Assembly: GCF_009914755.1 (NCBI RefSeq)
Contig: NC_060936.1
Strand: one strand, 5' to 3'
DNA length: 64,000 nucleotides
Source of the DNA: the human T2T-CHM13v2.0 reference genome, Homo sapiens
Shown: positions 37,223 to 50,157 of the stretch, in pieces
Numbering within the stretch: the first letter of the stretch is position 1
How the letters are laid out: each line of letters starts with the position of its first letter
Made by a program: the position numbers and the translations under genes
Notes under the pieces: model-generated
The model's database searches: none
Told to the model about the DNA's origin: nothing
What the model saw: the letters and a program-made list of their open reading frames with translations, nothing else

Positions 37223-38009
37223 AGGTGTGTTTCAGCTTCTAGGAAAAGAATACATACCTTGGTAAAATTATCTTAAATATCACAACTTATTGATACTATT
37301 GTAGTTCCTGTAAGCAGAAAAAAATTGCATAGGTTCTCCCCAAATAAACAAAAAGTGTTGTGTCATTTTCTAGAATTTGTGCACATTTAATTTATGCCAA
37401 ATAAATTGTATTTATTTTATTTATTTTTATTTTATTTTATTTCTTTTGATGGCGCTTCCTTGCATACTTTTTCAACAATGCAGGAAAACACATGGAATAA
37501 GGAATCTGGCCTCTATCAAATTATTTCTGTTTATTGTAGATTTTTAACATTTGTTTTTCCTTTTAAGTTTTCAATTTCCTGTATCCAAGGAGAAAAAGAT
37601 ATTGAATGATGGCCACAACCAAGGGATCATCCTGTCTTTATTCTGTCCTGCATTCCACTCCTCTTCTCCACTCCAGGAATTTGGAGAATAAATGCACAGA
37701 AGTCAAGATCATACAAATACACATTTCTGAGACTTTTTTTTCCCCCAGTGTTCCTCAGTAACAATGTTGACCTGCAGAGAAGGCACCCTTTTCCTAGGCT
37801 ATAGGCGGGCATCAGAGGCTAATAACACTAAAGGCAGCCTTAACTTTTCCCCAAGACCATACCTAAATGTTAATTTTCTATTTTATATTATTACAAAGGT
37901 GAAAATGGTGAGCCCTAGACAAAGGTCTGGAAGGGAAAATTTCACCCTGTGCCTTCCCACTGAGTTGTCAACTTATAAGAAGGCAAACTAACAAGCAAAT
38001 GTAGCTTTT

Positions 38010-38226
38010 GTGAGAAAGAGAAAGAGAGAGACAGGAGACAGAGAAGACAGATGATGAGGAGAGGAGGGAAGGGAAGTGCAGGGAGGAGAGGAGGAGAAGG
38101 AGACGGAGAAGGGAGGGAAAAGTAGGAGAAAGGAAGAGGAGAATGAGAGAGGAGGAGGCTGGAAGGGGAGGATGAGGGGACAGGAGAGGACAGGAGAGGA
38201 GAGGAGAGGAGAGGAGAGGAGAAAGA
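38010..38226 (+). repeat. GA-rich polypurine tract ending in (GGAGA)n
   Basis: Seen directly. Confidence 0.9.
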
Positions 38227-39908
38227 GTTCCTTAAGAGATTAGAAATCCTGAGAGATATAAATAATATCCCAGTACCTTTAGTACCATAAATGTCTACAA
38301 ATCTAACAAATAACTCCTAAGTGAGTGCCAGAAACTATTCTAGACCCTGAATATATAGCACTGGGAATAACAGACTACAATTTCTGCTTCCATAGGACTT
38401 ATATTCTATTAGGAGTAATGTAATAATAAGAGAATATAAGTAAGTAAAATGTTTATGTTAGATGGTGACAAGTGCAGGGCAGTGAGACAGGGTGTGAAGG
38501 GGTTTAAAATTTAGTTAAAGGAGTCCAATTAGGGGGATATTTTGTAATTATATGAATGAGGCAAATCATCGAATCAATTTAAGTTTTGGGGGAATACTAT
38601 CAAAATCAACTCTAAACATAGAGGAAGGTTTATTAGGAAGATACCGAGGTCACTTGCATAACTAAGGAAGATAAATCAAAAAAGCAAACATGTAAGAAAC
38701 AAACAAAAATTAAATAATTAAACAAAAAATGTTCACAGTTGTAGAAGAAACCACCAAAGAGAAATCTGTGGACTTCTACCCCGAGACTTGCTGGATTTAG
38801 TTTGCTGCTTTGGAATAGCTTTCATCTCTGTGTCTCTTATGGGGTTTCTATATTTTTAGAAGCGAGAATATTACTGACTCATTTCAGGTCATAAGAAAAT
38901 CAATTGCAACCAAGAAAGACCTAGAAAGTCTTTTATTGGGGTGAGGAGGTTCTGCAGGGATGAGGTCACTGAAAAAGGGTAAGTAATGTGGACTAGGCCA
39001 CTGAAATAAGGAAGGATAGAAACCAATTTGTACCTGCAACACTGAGTTAAATATTTCTTCAAAAAAAATGGAGGGGGGAAGAGGGTTATTTTCTGCCTAG
39101 GGTGTCCTTCTTGGTATCTCTAAGCAGCCTTCAGGTAGGAAGGATAAACTTACTAGAGTTTGAGCAGACAAGTCTGGAAGCTATATAGAGAGGCAGTAAA
39201 AGGGGAGACACCCATGGCAAGTAAAAAGGAAGTCAGGAGTCTAGCACTGTTCTGCAATTGCCTGGGTTACCTCCGTCTCTGTTTCCTGCTTATCAATGGA
39301 GAAAGACAGACAATCAAGGTAGCTGGTGATGTCAGTGTCTAACTCTGTAGCCTCAAATACACTAAGGAGCGCAGAATCTTAGAGCCCAAAGGACTGTAGG
39401 GTCTAGTCCAATCTTTTTAACTTATGGATACGGAAACCAAAGTTCACAGAGGTAATCAGTCATGAACATAGAGGCAAAAGTGTGACTCTAATACAGTTCT
39501 CTTTATTCCTCACTTAATCTTCTTGCCACTCTATGAAATCACCTGCTAAGCCAGGAAACCCTGCTTCATTTTATTTTGTTTCAGAAAATGTGTACTAATG
39601 TCTGTGGAACAGTTCATAGTCTTTTGGATGAGATAGAGCTGGGTTTAAGTGTCAGCTGCAAAACTTACCATCTGTGTGAAGTTTGACCAATTTAACTCTT
39701 CTGAGCCTCAGAATTCTGGTTTGTAAAGTGAAGATGAGATCTATCTCATAAAACTTGTGTGATTATTAAAGGAAATAATCATATGAAGGTTTTGAGGAAA
39801 AATGTTAATGGTTGAAAAAACAACTTGTTTGGGTTGTTTGATATAAATTGAATTATTTGTTTTGTCAATATTGTTTATGTTTATTGTCATATCTTATGTA
39901 GTCCTTGA

Positions 39909-40020
39909 TAAAGATGAAGGCAAAGATGAAGATGAGGAAAAAGGACAGGAAGAAAAGGAGGAGGAGGAGAAGGGAGAGAAAGAGGAGGAAAAGGAGGAAG
40001 AGGAGAATAAGAATAAGAAT
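39909..40020 (+). repeat. (GAG/GAA)-rich low-complexity tract
   Basis: Seen directly; explains the Glu-rich ORF 39862-40062. Confidence 0.9.
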
Positions 40021-40800
40021 ACAGTGAAGAAGCAGCCATCACCACCAAAACTCACACTTTAGATAAACAATCTAACCTTTAAGCTTTGTCCTCACTCTAA
40101 ACTTGAGATTGGAAAGGTATGAATGAAAGAGAATTTTTCTATCTTAAGCTAAACATTCTCATCTTCTCAGGAGACCTGGACTCAGGCAACTGGAATTTTC
40201 TTATCAGCTCAGCAGGTGCTAAATGGGTTTACTTGGGAAACAAAGAAAGCATTTAACTTCTACATTAAAAGAATTATTTGGAACCTGACAGACTGCTGCC
40301 TGATATTTCATCTCTGAAGTAAGAATTAGGTACAGTAAAAAATTCAAGAATGAAAGACTTCTCTGGAGCCGAGTGTAGAATAATCTATCATGGTTACAAA
40401 TAGCACTGAAGTGTATCTCCAACAGCTTTTTCAAGGTTTCAGTGAAATCTAATTCCACTTGTTTCTTATTTCTGGGGAAAGATAAAGAGACTAGAGATAA
40501 AGGCAAACTCAAAATGGTTGTCTTGTTTGAAATTGAGAATATTTCAAAATATATCCGTTGCATAAAGGTAAGATAATGCTCTCAACTTATTTTCTGGCAT
40601 GTGTTAGTCTTATTTTTAGGTACTTTTCAATGTGATTACCTTTTAGCTTAATAACTCAAATAATGAAATGAGGTTAACAGAAAAAAACACAGTAAGTGTT
40701 CTTTTTGATGTGTTTTGTTTTGTTTTGTTTTTTGGAGGGAAAATACAACCAAGAAATAGCTAAAAGAAGGCTAGCAATAGTTCAGAAATATCCGGCCTTA

Positions 40801-41079
40801 CATAAAAATAATATAATGGACTTTGGGGACTGGGTGAGGCAGGAGGGGGAGGAGGCATAATGGGAGGGGGCTGAGGGATAAAAGACTGCACATTCAAAAA
40901 AAATTAGGAAAAGAATAAATATTAGGTACCCAGGAATATGTCTAATAAAAAGTGTGTAAGGCTTCTACATAGACAAGTATAAAATATTACTTATAAAATA
41001 TTACATACACAAATGTAAAATAAGGAAATGTTTAAAAGTCTAAATAAAAAGAAGAATATACCATGAAAAAATAAAAAAT
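40801..41079 (+). mobile_element. Short composite L1-derived insertion (L1PB-like 3'UTR piece, older L1 ORF2-like piece, A-rich tail)
   Basis: aatggactttggggact...gagggataaaagactgcacatt; flanking 13/15 direct repeat at 40786-40800 and 41080-41094. Confidence 0.65.
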
Positions 41080-42430
41080 AAAAATCTGGCCTTAGCAAGA
41101 GCTGAAACATCAGTGAAAATGGTCTTGTATTGGAAGAAAGAGGTAATGTTCAAGAATGTAGTTTTAAGAAACTCTCCTGCAAGACTCTTTAAAGATATAT
41201 ATCTGGAAAATATTTCAAATGGGTATGTAAGTTTCTGAGAGTGTAGCGATTTATTTGTATCTATGACAGTCTTTCCTGTTAAATTTAAAATGTGTATTTA
41301 CTGGGCAATGGCCCTCACTCAAATGATCTGATTTATGGTATCTAAGCCATGACTAATAAGTCTAGCAAATGGCATTTGATTTCCTGTTGTTTGTTTTTTT
41401 TTAATTTAAAAAATCCTTTTTAAGCAAGTCTTGGCCAAGAATTTAGGCAGCACCTTGACATTTCAAGAATAGGCATCTGAACACCGCTTCATACATCCCA
41501 ATAGCCATGAAGTCATAGTTCCTGTGGTTTCCACCTTTGACAAATAAAGGTCATTGTTTTCTCAGGACAATAGAAGTTTAATAATAAACTTAGTATTAAG
41601 AGGTTTTTACTCAGGATTCCAAGCCCTTAAAAATATGAAATAAAATTTTTATCCCAGATTTTTTCTGGGAAATTGCCAAGGAATAAAAATGGGATGACAT
41701 ATGGAATTTTTATTTGTATTTGTTTTATGCCAATGAGTTGATAAATCTGAAAAGTAACTGCAAAATCTTGGAAAGCTTCCGTCTGACCTAATCTAAGAGA
41801 AAATAAGATATGTTCCTATCAACAAAATGCTCAGGTTCCATAAGAATGGGCCAGGTTTTCTGTCTGTGTATTTGTCTGGAAGAGTAAACCTACTCAATAG
41901 AATAACACTGGTCAAATGTAATTAGCAAAACAAATGATCTCTTCAGTCCTCCCAATTATCTTCTTACAGCAATATTTAAGACCAAACTGATGTAGAGCAG
42001 GAATCTACATGACACCTAAAGGAGAGTGAAATGCCTCATGATCTGGTCATTTCAAGCCAGGGCCCTGTTGGTCTGTGAGGGACTTTAGAACGAAAGGTTC
42101 CTTGGGTAGTGCCCAACCCAAATATGTCAGTGTTGTTAAGCATTGGCTGATGAAATAAAACAAGTTACCCAAGATCTTGTTAAGGAACAGAACTAACTCT
42201 GGGAAACTGATAAGGACAGTGTACAAGTGGTTGAGAATATAGGTTCTGGACCCTGTCATTACAGAGACCTCCAAATAAAGTCATTCTGAGGTTCTGGGAG
42301 TCAGGACTTCAACATATGAATATATGGGGACATAATTCAACTCATAATATGGAGGAAGAGAGGAAGCAAAAAGACTTCGAAAACGTTGAGGTCATTCATG
42401 TCAGATTAACTGAAGGTTGCATTGGAAAGG

Positions 42431-42761
42431 TGCATTAGCCTATTCTCACACTGTTATAAATAACTGCTTGAGACTGGGTAATTTATAAAGAAAAGAGATT
42501 TAATTGACTCACAGTTCTGCATGGCTGGGGAGGCCATGGCAAATGGGGAAGCAGGCATGTCTTACATGTGTGATGGAAGTGAAGGGGGAAGAGCCCCTTA
42601 TAAAACCATCAGATCTCCTGAGAACTCATTCAATACTACAAGAGCAACTTGGAGGAAATCACCCCCATAATCCAATCACTTTCCACCAGGTCTCTCCCTC
42701 AACACCTGGGGATTACAATTCAAGATGAGATTGGGTAGGGACACAAAGCCAAACCATATCA
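42431..42761 (-). mobile_element. MaLR solo LTR (MSTA/THE1D-like) inserted in an L2 remnant
   Basis: gagactgggtaatttataaagaaaagag...aaaccatcagatctc...gggacacaaagccaaaccatatca. Confidence 0.9.
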
Positions 42762-43314
42762 GGAGGTAACAGTGGAGATGCGGAGAAATAAATAGATAAA
42801 CTTGGGATCTATTTTGGTGACACATTCATTAGGAATTGCTAATGAAATGGATGTGAGGTATGAGAGAAAGAGAAGAATCAAGGATGCCTGCTAGTTTTTT
42901 GTTTTCAGCAACTATTGAATGCCATGTATTAGCTGTGCAACTCTAGACAAGTTACCTCACCTCTTTCTTCCCAAATCCTTATTTGTAACTTGCTGATAAC
43001 AGCATATATAAATGCATAGGAATGTTGTGAGAATTAAATTTGCTAATGTATGTATAAAGTAGTAAAATACATATTTGTATTAGGTATTATTTTCTATTGA
43101 TTTATGATGCATAATATAAATTCATTATTTTTAAAACATATAATAACACTCATGGGTTCAACATTCAATTCAGCAAACAGAACATTGCAAGTAACTTCCA
43201 TCTGCCTATTTCCTTCTCCTTATGGCATCACCCTGCTGTTCATCCTCATTACGAAAATATTACCTTAATTTAGTGTTTATCATGCTTTTGGTTTTGTTTT
43301 CATAATTGTATCCT

Positions 43315-43820
43315 TAGTAAAGAAAATAAAATTTCTTTCTTTCACATTTTAGGTTCATGAAAGGGGTTTCTATAGTAAAAGACAGATTAACAAGAGAAAA
43401 GCATACAAATTTATTGAATATACATTTTACATGAAAAGGGAGTCTTCATTAGGAAATGAAGACCTGAAGAAACAGATAAACCTGTGTATTTTTTTGTGTG
43501 TGCTAGGTTTGAGGAAAAGTAGAAAGTACTGGAGATACATTATTAGAGGACAAAAGTGTAGGATCTAATGGTAATAAACTGAGGAAACTTATAAAGGCCT
43601 ATTTGTTCAGGTTCCTCATGGCATCTGTATGTCTTTAGCTCTTTTCCTTCAGGTATAGGGAGAGCATCTCTTGAATAACTGTCTTATGGCTTACTTCAGG
43701 TGAAGATCAGAAAATTCTTCCTGGATTTTATGACCTGCTTCAGGGAAGAAGGGTGACCTTCCTGCTTGTGCTGTTTTCTCAAATGCTAAGGTTCCAAGAT
43801 GACATATTGTCCCGAACCTC
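43315..43820 (-). mobile_element. ERV1-class LTR (MER31-like)
   Basis: gacagattaacaagagaaaagcatacaaatttatt...gatctaatggtaataaactg...tttatgacctgcttcaggg. Confidence 0.6.
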
Positions 43821-43829
43821 ATCATACCT

Positions 43830-45230
43830 ATACTTATGCATAAATAAATATGTCTTAATTTGTTTAATGTTGAACTTTGTAAAAAGTATATCATGGTATT
43901 CTCAGGATTGTTTATCCACTCAGTGTTCTATTACCAAGATTCATGCATGTTATTGTGTTTAGTCGCAGTACATTCATTTTTACTGCAGTAAAATATTCCA
44001 TTGGACAACGCAATTTGTAATCTATTCTATTAATAAACGTTTGGATTATTGGCAGTCTTTTGCCATTTGTAAGGGTGTTTTGTATACATCTCACATCTCC
44101 TATTGCCCAAATGCAAAGTTTGTATTGGGTTTATCTTGCTACTCAAAGTGTGGGTTGACAGGCTGCATGGGCATCACCTGGGAGCTTGCTAAAACTATGT
44201 AACCTCAGCTCACACCTGAGAGTTTGCAATTTAGCAAGATCCTTGGTCAATTAATATGCACATTAAAGTTTGAGAAGCATTGTAGGAAGGGAACTGCTGG
44301 ATTATATGATGCATGAACATTAAACTTTCTTGATAATACCTAGGGAGTTGTACCAATTTATACCAGGTAAGATTGTTTACCTGTGTAGTTGTACTAATTT
44401 ATACCAGATAAAATTGTTTATACCCCCTTCGATCTTTAAATTGCCAGACTTCTTAATTTTTGGTAACTGAATAGGTAAAAATAATATAATTTTGTAGTTG
44501 TTCCTTTGCATTTCTTTAATTTCTAGTGAGTTGAACATCTCTTTATTTCTTTTGGTTATGTGTACTTTCTCTTTGTTCATTTTAAAATTAAGATGTTTCC
44601 CATTTCCTATTGGTTTGGATTCTTGTTTTTAATTATCTGTAGGCTATATTTATTGTAACCATAATCTCTTGGTTTATGTCTTTTCATCTGCTTTGTAATA
44701 TTATTTGATGAATAGAAGGTCTTAATAGTACTGCAGTCAAATTAATTAATCTCTTCCTTGATATTCTATCTTTGTTAAGGAACCATTCCTTGTTCCATAT
44801 TGGAAATGTAGTCACATATCAATTTTTTCCAAATATTTTAAAGTTTTATTCTTGATATTTTAGTCTTTATGGGGAACAGATTTTGTGAGTAAGATAAAGA
44901 ATCCAAATTCATCTTTTATTTTCTTTTGGATTACCAATTTTTCTAGTTATTTTTATTGACTAGCTCCTATATTCCCCAGTGATGTGCAATGACATGTCTC
45001 TGATGATATGCAAATTTCCATATTTGTGTGAATATGGTTATAGATTTTCTATTCTATCCAATTGGTTAACGTTTTTATTCTTTGACAGTATCACTTTGTC
45101 TTAATGGCCATAATACTAATTAAATCTTATAGTAGGACAAGTTCTACATAATTTCTCATCAAGAGTGTTTTGGATATTTTTGGCCCATTGCTTTCCATAT
45201 ACATTTTAGAATTAGTTGCAAACCAAGTAA
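43830..45230 (-). mobile_element. Ancient L1M fragments with a nested MER5-like MITE (~44130-44285)
   Basis: cattcatttttactgcag..tattccatt, ttgtaccaatttatac, tttgcatttctttaatttctagtgag, gctttccatatacattttagaatt. Confidence 0.6.
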
Positions 45231-45544
45231 CTAACACTGAAAGTCCCTTTTCTTCTTTTATATTTCAATTTTCATGTAGTATCTTCCCAGTCCTTTTTCT
45301 TCTTCTATCTTTTAATTTTCATGTAGTGTCTTCCCTGACATACTCCTGCAGGCAAAGGCATCTTGGAAAAATAGTTTGCAAAGTTCCACATCCAACATCA
45401 CAGAATATAAAGATACAGATTTTAATCTGAGATTCTATAGATAAGTAAATGGCACTTTCATTTATTATTTCTAATAATGCTTTTATAGAGTCCATTGTGT
45501 TATGTAGACAATCATAAAATTGGCAACAATTGCAATAATTCTTT

Positions 45545-45829
45545 TCTTTTAATTCTTTATTTTATTTATTTATTTATTTATTTTTATTATACTTTAAGTT
45601 CTAGGGTACATGTGCACAATGTGCAGGTTTGTTACATACCTATACATGTGCCATGTTGGTGTGCTGCACCCATTAACTCGTCATTTACAATAGGTATTTC
45701 ACTTAATGCCATCCCTCCCCTCTCCCCCCACCCCATGACAGGCTCCAGTGTGTGATGTTCCCTGCCCTGTGTCCAACTGTTCTCATTGTTCAATTCCCAC
45801 CTATGAGTGAGAACATGCGGTGTTTGGTT
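45545..45829 (-). mobile_element. L1PA 3' end, 5'-truncated (~285 bp)
   Basis: (TTTA)n tail then ttattatactttaagttctagggtacatgtgcacaatgtgcagg...gagaacatgcggtgtttggtt. Confidence 0.93.
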
Positions 45830-45834
45830 CATGC

Positions 45835-46155
45835 AGTCCATTTAGTCATTCACCATGATATCAACAGCAGACTGCATATACACTGGTCCCATGAGACTAA
45901 TAGAATGTGTATAGAAGCTTAATAAATGGCACTTGATATTAACATTGCAGAACAGGAGGAAAGTACGGAAAATGATTGATATTCAGTAATGATGCTGAGA
46001 CATTTGGTTTACCATTTGAATATATATATATACACACATAAATAAAAATATGTAACAACTAAATTAATGTAAGTACACTCTATGATGTTCACAAAACAAC
46101 CAAGTTGTCTAATGACATTTCTCAAAACATATTCCTATCTAAGCAATGCATGAAT
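45835..46155 (-). mobile_element. Tigger3/Golem-like MITE
   Basis: gtaagtacactctatgatgttcac...ctaatgacatttctcaaaacatattcc...taagcaatgcatga. Confidence 0.65.
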
Positions 46156-48143
46156 CTATTTTTCTTTTCAAATTGTGTTGCCAAATTCCACCAATAAACC
46201 ATTGAATAGAAGTGGTGATAGTGAATATCTTTTCTTTATTTCATATTTTAAGCAAAATAATTCTAATTTAAATTGAATGTATACTGCATTAATTCCCAAT
46301 GCAATAAGCAGACTTAAGGCTATATATTATACTTGAATTACTACTTTCACAGAATCAAATTAATTTTATATACAATGTTTTTACTATTCTTTTTATCATA
46401 TTTTTAAAGTCTCTATTCTGATTTCTTCCTTGACCCATAAGTGTTTTTAAATTGTCATATGAATTTCGAAAAATATGTGAACATTCTTTATATTTTTTGG
46501 TCATATTCTGGTTTATTTTGTGGATGGAAAATGGGATCTATATACTATCTATTGTTTGAAATTTGTTAAAACAAATTTGGTTTTGTGGCCTAGAATAAAA
46601 TTCTTACAAATGCTCTATTTGAATTTAACAAGGCTGTAAATTATCTCATTTTTGAATGTAAACTATCTACTAAATGCAGGTTGGAAATTTTGTAGCTCTA
46701 ACATTTTATATTTTAGCTAATTTTTTTTATCTGTTTGAATATTAATAATTTAAAGGTCTGCTTAGAAATGTACCAAAATGCTATTTTTTCTTCCTATAAT
46801 TATATTATTTTTCTCTATATATTTTAATATTATCTCAGTTGCGAATGTATTTTAAATTACGGTATGTTTTTCTGGCATATTAAACTTTATGTTGTGCCAT
46901 TATGAAGTTTCTTGTTGCTAATGATGTATGTTGTCTTAAAGTGTATTTTGTCTGATACGATTAGAGCTGCACCAGACATTTGGCTATTATTTACCCAGTA
47001 TGTATTTTTTTTCACCCTTTTAAATTTGACTTCTCTCTGTGATCATGACAAATAATGTTTTTCAGCTGATAAATTTGGTTTTATTGTGAATGCTGACATG
47101 CTGAGACTCTATTCTATTATCATACCTTTTGATTTCTACTGTCCCATTTTCTTTTTTGTTTCTTCTTTATTGTCTTCAATTTTTTTTCTTCAACTTTTAT
47201 TTTAAGTTCAGGGGTACTTGTACAGTATTTGCAGGTTTGCTACATAAGTAAATGTGTGCCTTAGTGGTTTGCTACACTGGTCATTCCATCACCTAGGTAT
47301 TAAGCCCAGCATCCATCAGCTATTCTTCCTGATACTCTCCCTCCCCGGACCCCTACCACCAACAGGCCCCACTGTGTGTTGTTCCCCACCATGTGTCCAT
47401 GTGTTGTCATCATTCAGCTCCTACTTATAAGTGAGAACATGAGGTGTTTGATTTTCTGTTCCTGTTTTAGTTTGCTGAAGATAATGGCTTCCAACTCTAT
47501 CCATGTTTCTGCAAAGGACATGATCTCGTTCCTTTTTATAGCTGCATAGTTATCCCTTGCTGTATAAGTACCACATTTTCTTTATCCAGTTTATCACTGA
47601 TGGGAATTTAGGTTGATTCCATAACTTTTCTACTGTGAACAGTGCTGCAATGAACATACATGTGCATGTATCTTCATACTAGAATAATTTATATTCCTTT
47701 GGGTATATGATAGGCAATGGGATTGCTGGGTCAAGTGGTGTTCCTGCTTCTAGGTCTTTGAGGAATCACCACACTGTCTTCTACAATGGCTGAACGAATT
47801 TACACTCCCACCAACAGTTTAAAAGCATTCCTTTATCTTCACAACCTCACCAGCATCTGTTGTTTTTTGACTTTTTAATAATAGCAATTCTGACTGGTGT
47901 GAGATGACATCTCATTGTGGTTTTGATTTGTATTTTTCTAATGATTATTGATGTTGAGTTTTTTTTCCGTAAGTATGTTGGCCACATATAGGTCTTCTTT
48001 CAAGAAGTTCGTGTTCATGTCCTTTGCCCACTTTTTAATGGAGTTATTTTTTTCTTGTAAATTTGTTTCAGTTCCTTATAGGTGCTGAATATTAGACCTT
48101 TGTCAGATGATTAGAATGCAAAAAATGTTCTCACATTCTGTAG

Positions 48144-48468
<325 letters not shown>

Positions 48469-48476
48469 TGTAATTA

Positions 48477-48581
<105 letters not shown>

Positions 48582-49274
48582 TTAGGTTTGTTGAAGATCA
48601 GATGGTTGTAGGTGTGTGGTCTTATTTCTGAGTTCTCTATTCTGCTTCATTGGTCTATGTGTCTGTTCCTGAACAAGTACCATGCCATTTTGGTTACCGT
48701 AACCTTGTGGTTTAGTTTGAAGTAGGGTAGTGTGATGCCACCAGCTTTGTTCTTTTTGCTTATGATTGTCTTGGCTATTTAGGCATTTTTTGGTTTCATA
48801 TACATTTTAAAATAGCATTTTTTTCTAATTCTCTGAAAAATATCAATGGTTGTTTAATGGGAATAGTATTGAATCTATAAATGACTTTGGGAAGTATGGC
48901 CATTTTCATGAAATTGATTCTTCCTATCCATGAGCATGGAATGTTTTTCCATTTGTGTCCTCTCTGATTTATTTGAGCAGTGGTTTGTAGTTCTCCTTGA
49001 AGAGGTCATTCACTTCCTTTGTTAGCTGTATTTCTAGGTGTTTTATTTTGTTTGTAGCAATTATGAATGGGAGTTCATTTATGACTTCGCTTTCTGTTGT
49101 TGGTGTATAAAAATGCTAGTGATTTTTGCACATTGATTTTGTATCCTAAGACTTTGCTCAGGTTGCTTATAAGCTTAAGAAGCTTTTGGGCTAAGATGAT
49201 AGGGTTTTCTTGATACAGAATCATGTCATCTGCAAACAAAGATAATTTGACTTCCTCTCCTCCTATTCAAATAG

Positions 49275-49636
49275 TTTATCATTCTGTTCTCATGCTGCTA
49301 TGAAGAAATACCCAAGACTGGGAAATTTATGAAGGAAAGAAGTTTAATTGACTCCCAATTCTTCATGGCTAGGAAGCGCTCAGGAAACTTACAATCATGG
49401 CAGAAGGCACCTCTTCACAGAGTGGCAAGAAATAGAATGACTGCAAGCAGTGGAAAGACCAGATGCTTATAAAACCATCAGATCTTGTGAGACTCACTCA
49501 ATATCACAAGAACAACTTGGGAACAACTGCCCCCATGATTCAATTACTTCCACCTGGTCCCTCCTACAACACATGTGGACTATGGGAACTACAACTCAAA
49601 CTGAGATTTGGGTGCACACGTAGTCAAACCATATCA
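49275..49636 (-). mobile_element. THE1-type MaLR solo LTR nested in L1 ORF2
   Basis: ctcatgctgctatgaagaaatacccaagactgg...aggaaacttacaatcatggcagaaggcacctcttcacag...caaaccatatca; TSD aatag/aatac. Confidence 0.92.
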
Positions 49637-50114
49637 AATACCCTTTATTTCTTTCTCTTGCCTGACTGCCCTAGCCAGAAATTCCAACACTACATTGAAG
49701 AGGAGTGGTGAGACAGGGCATCCTTGTGTTGTGCCAGTTTTCAAGGAGAATGCTTTCAGTCTTTAAGCCCATTCAGCATGATATTGGCTGTGGGTTTGTC
49801 ATATATGGCTTTTATTATTTTGAGGTATGTTCCTTTAACACCTAGTTTATTGAGAGTTTTTAACATGAAGGGATGTTGGATTTCATCAAAGGCATATTCT
49901 GCATCTATTGAGATAATCATGAGTTTTTTGTCTTTAGTTTTATGTGATGAATCACATTTATTGATTTGTGTATGTTAAACCAATCTTGAAACCCAGGAAT
50001 GAAGCCAACTTGATTGTGGTGGACAAGCTTTTTGATGTGCTCCTGGATTCAGTAACTAGTATTTCATTGAGGATTTTTGCATCAATGTTCATCAGGGATA
50101 TGGGCCTGAAGTTT

Positions 50115-50157
<43 letters not shown>
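50115..50157. repeat. (TTG)14 microsatellite within L1
   Basis: Perfect trinucleotide run seen directly. Confidence 0.95.

Noticed and set aside
39862-40062. Hydrophobic N-terminus plus Glu-rich 66-aa ORF resembling a small secreted protein
   Set aside because: Starts at TTG, and its composition is explained by a T-rich stretch followed by a GAG/GAA repeat.
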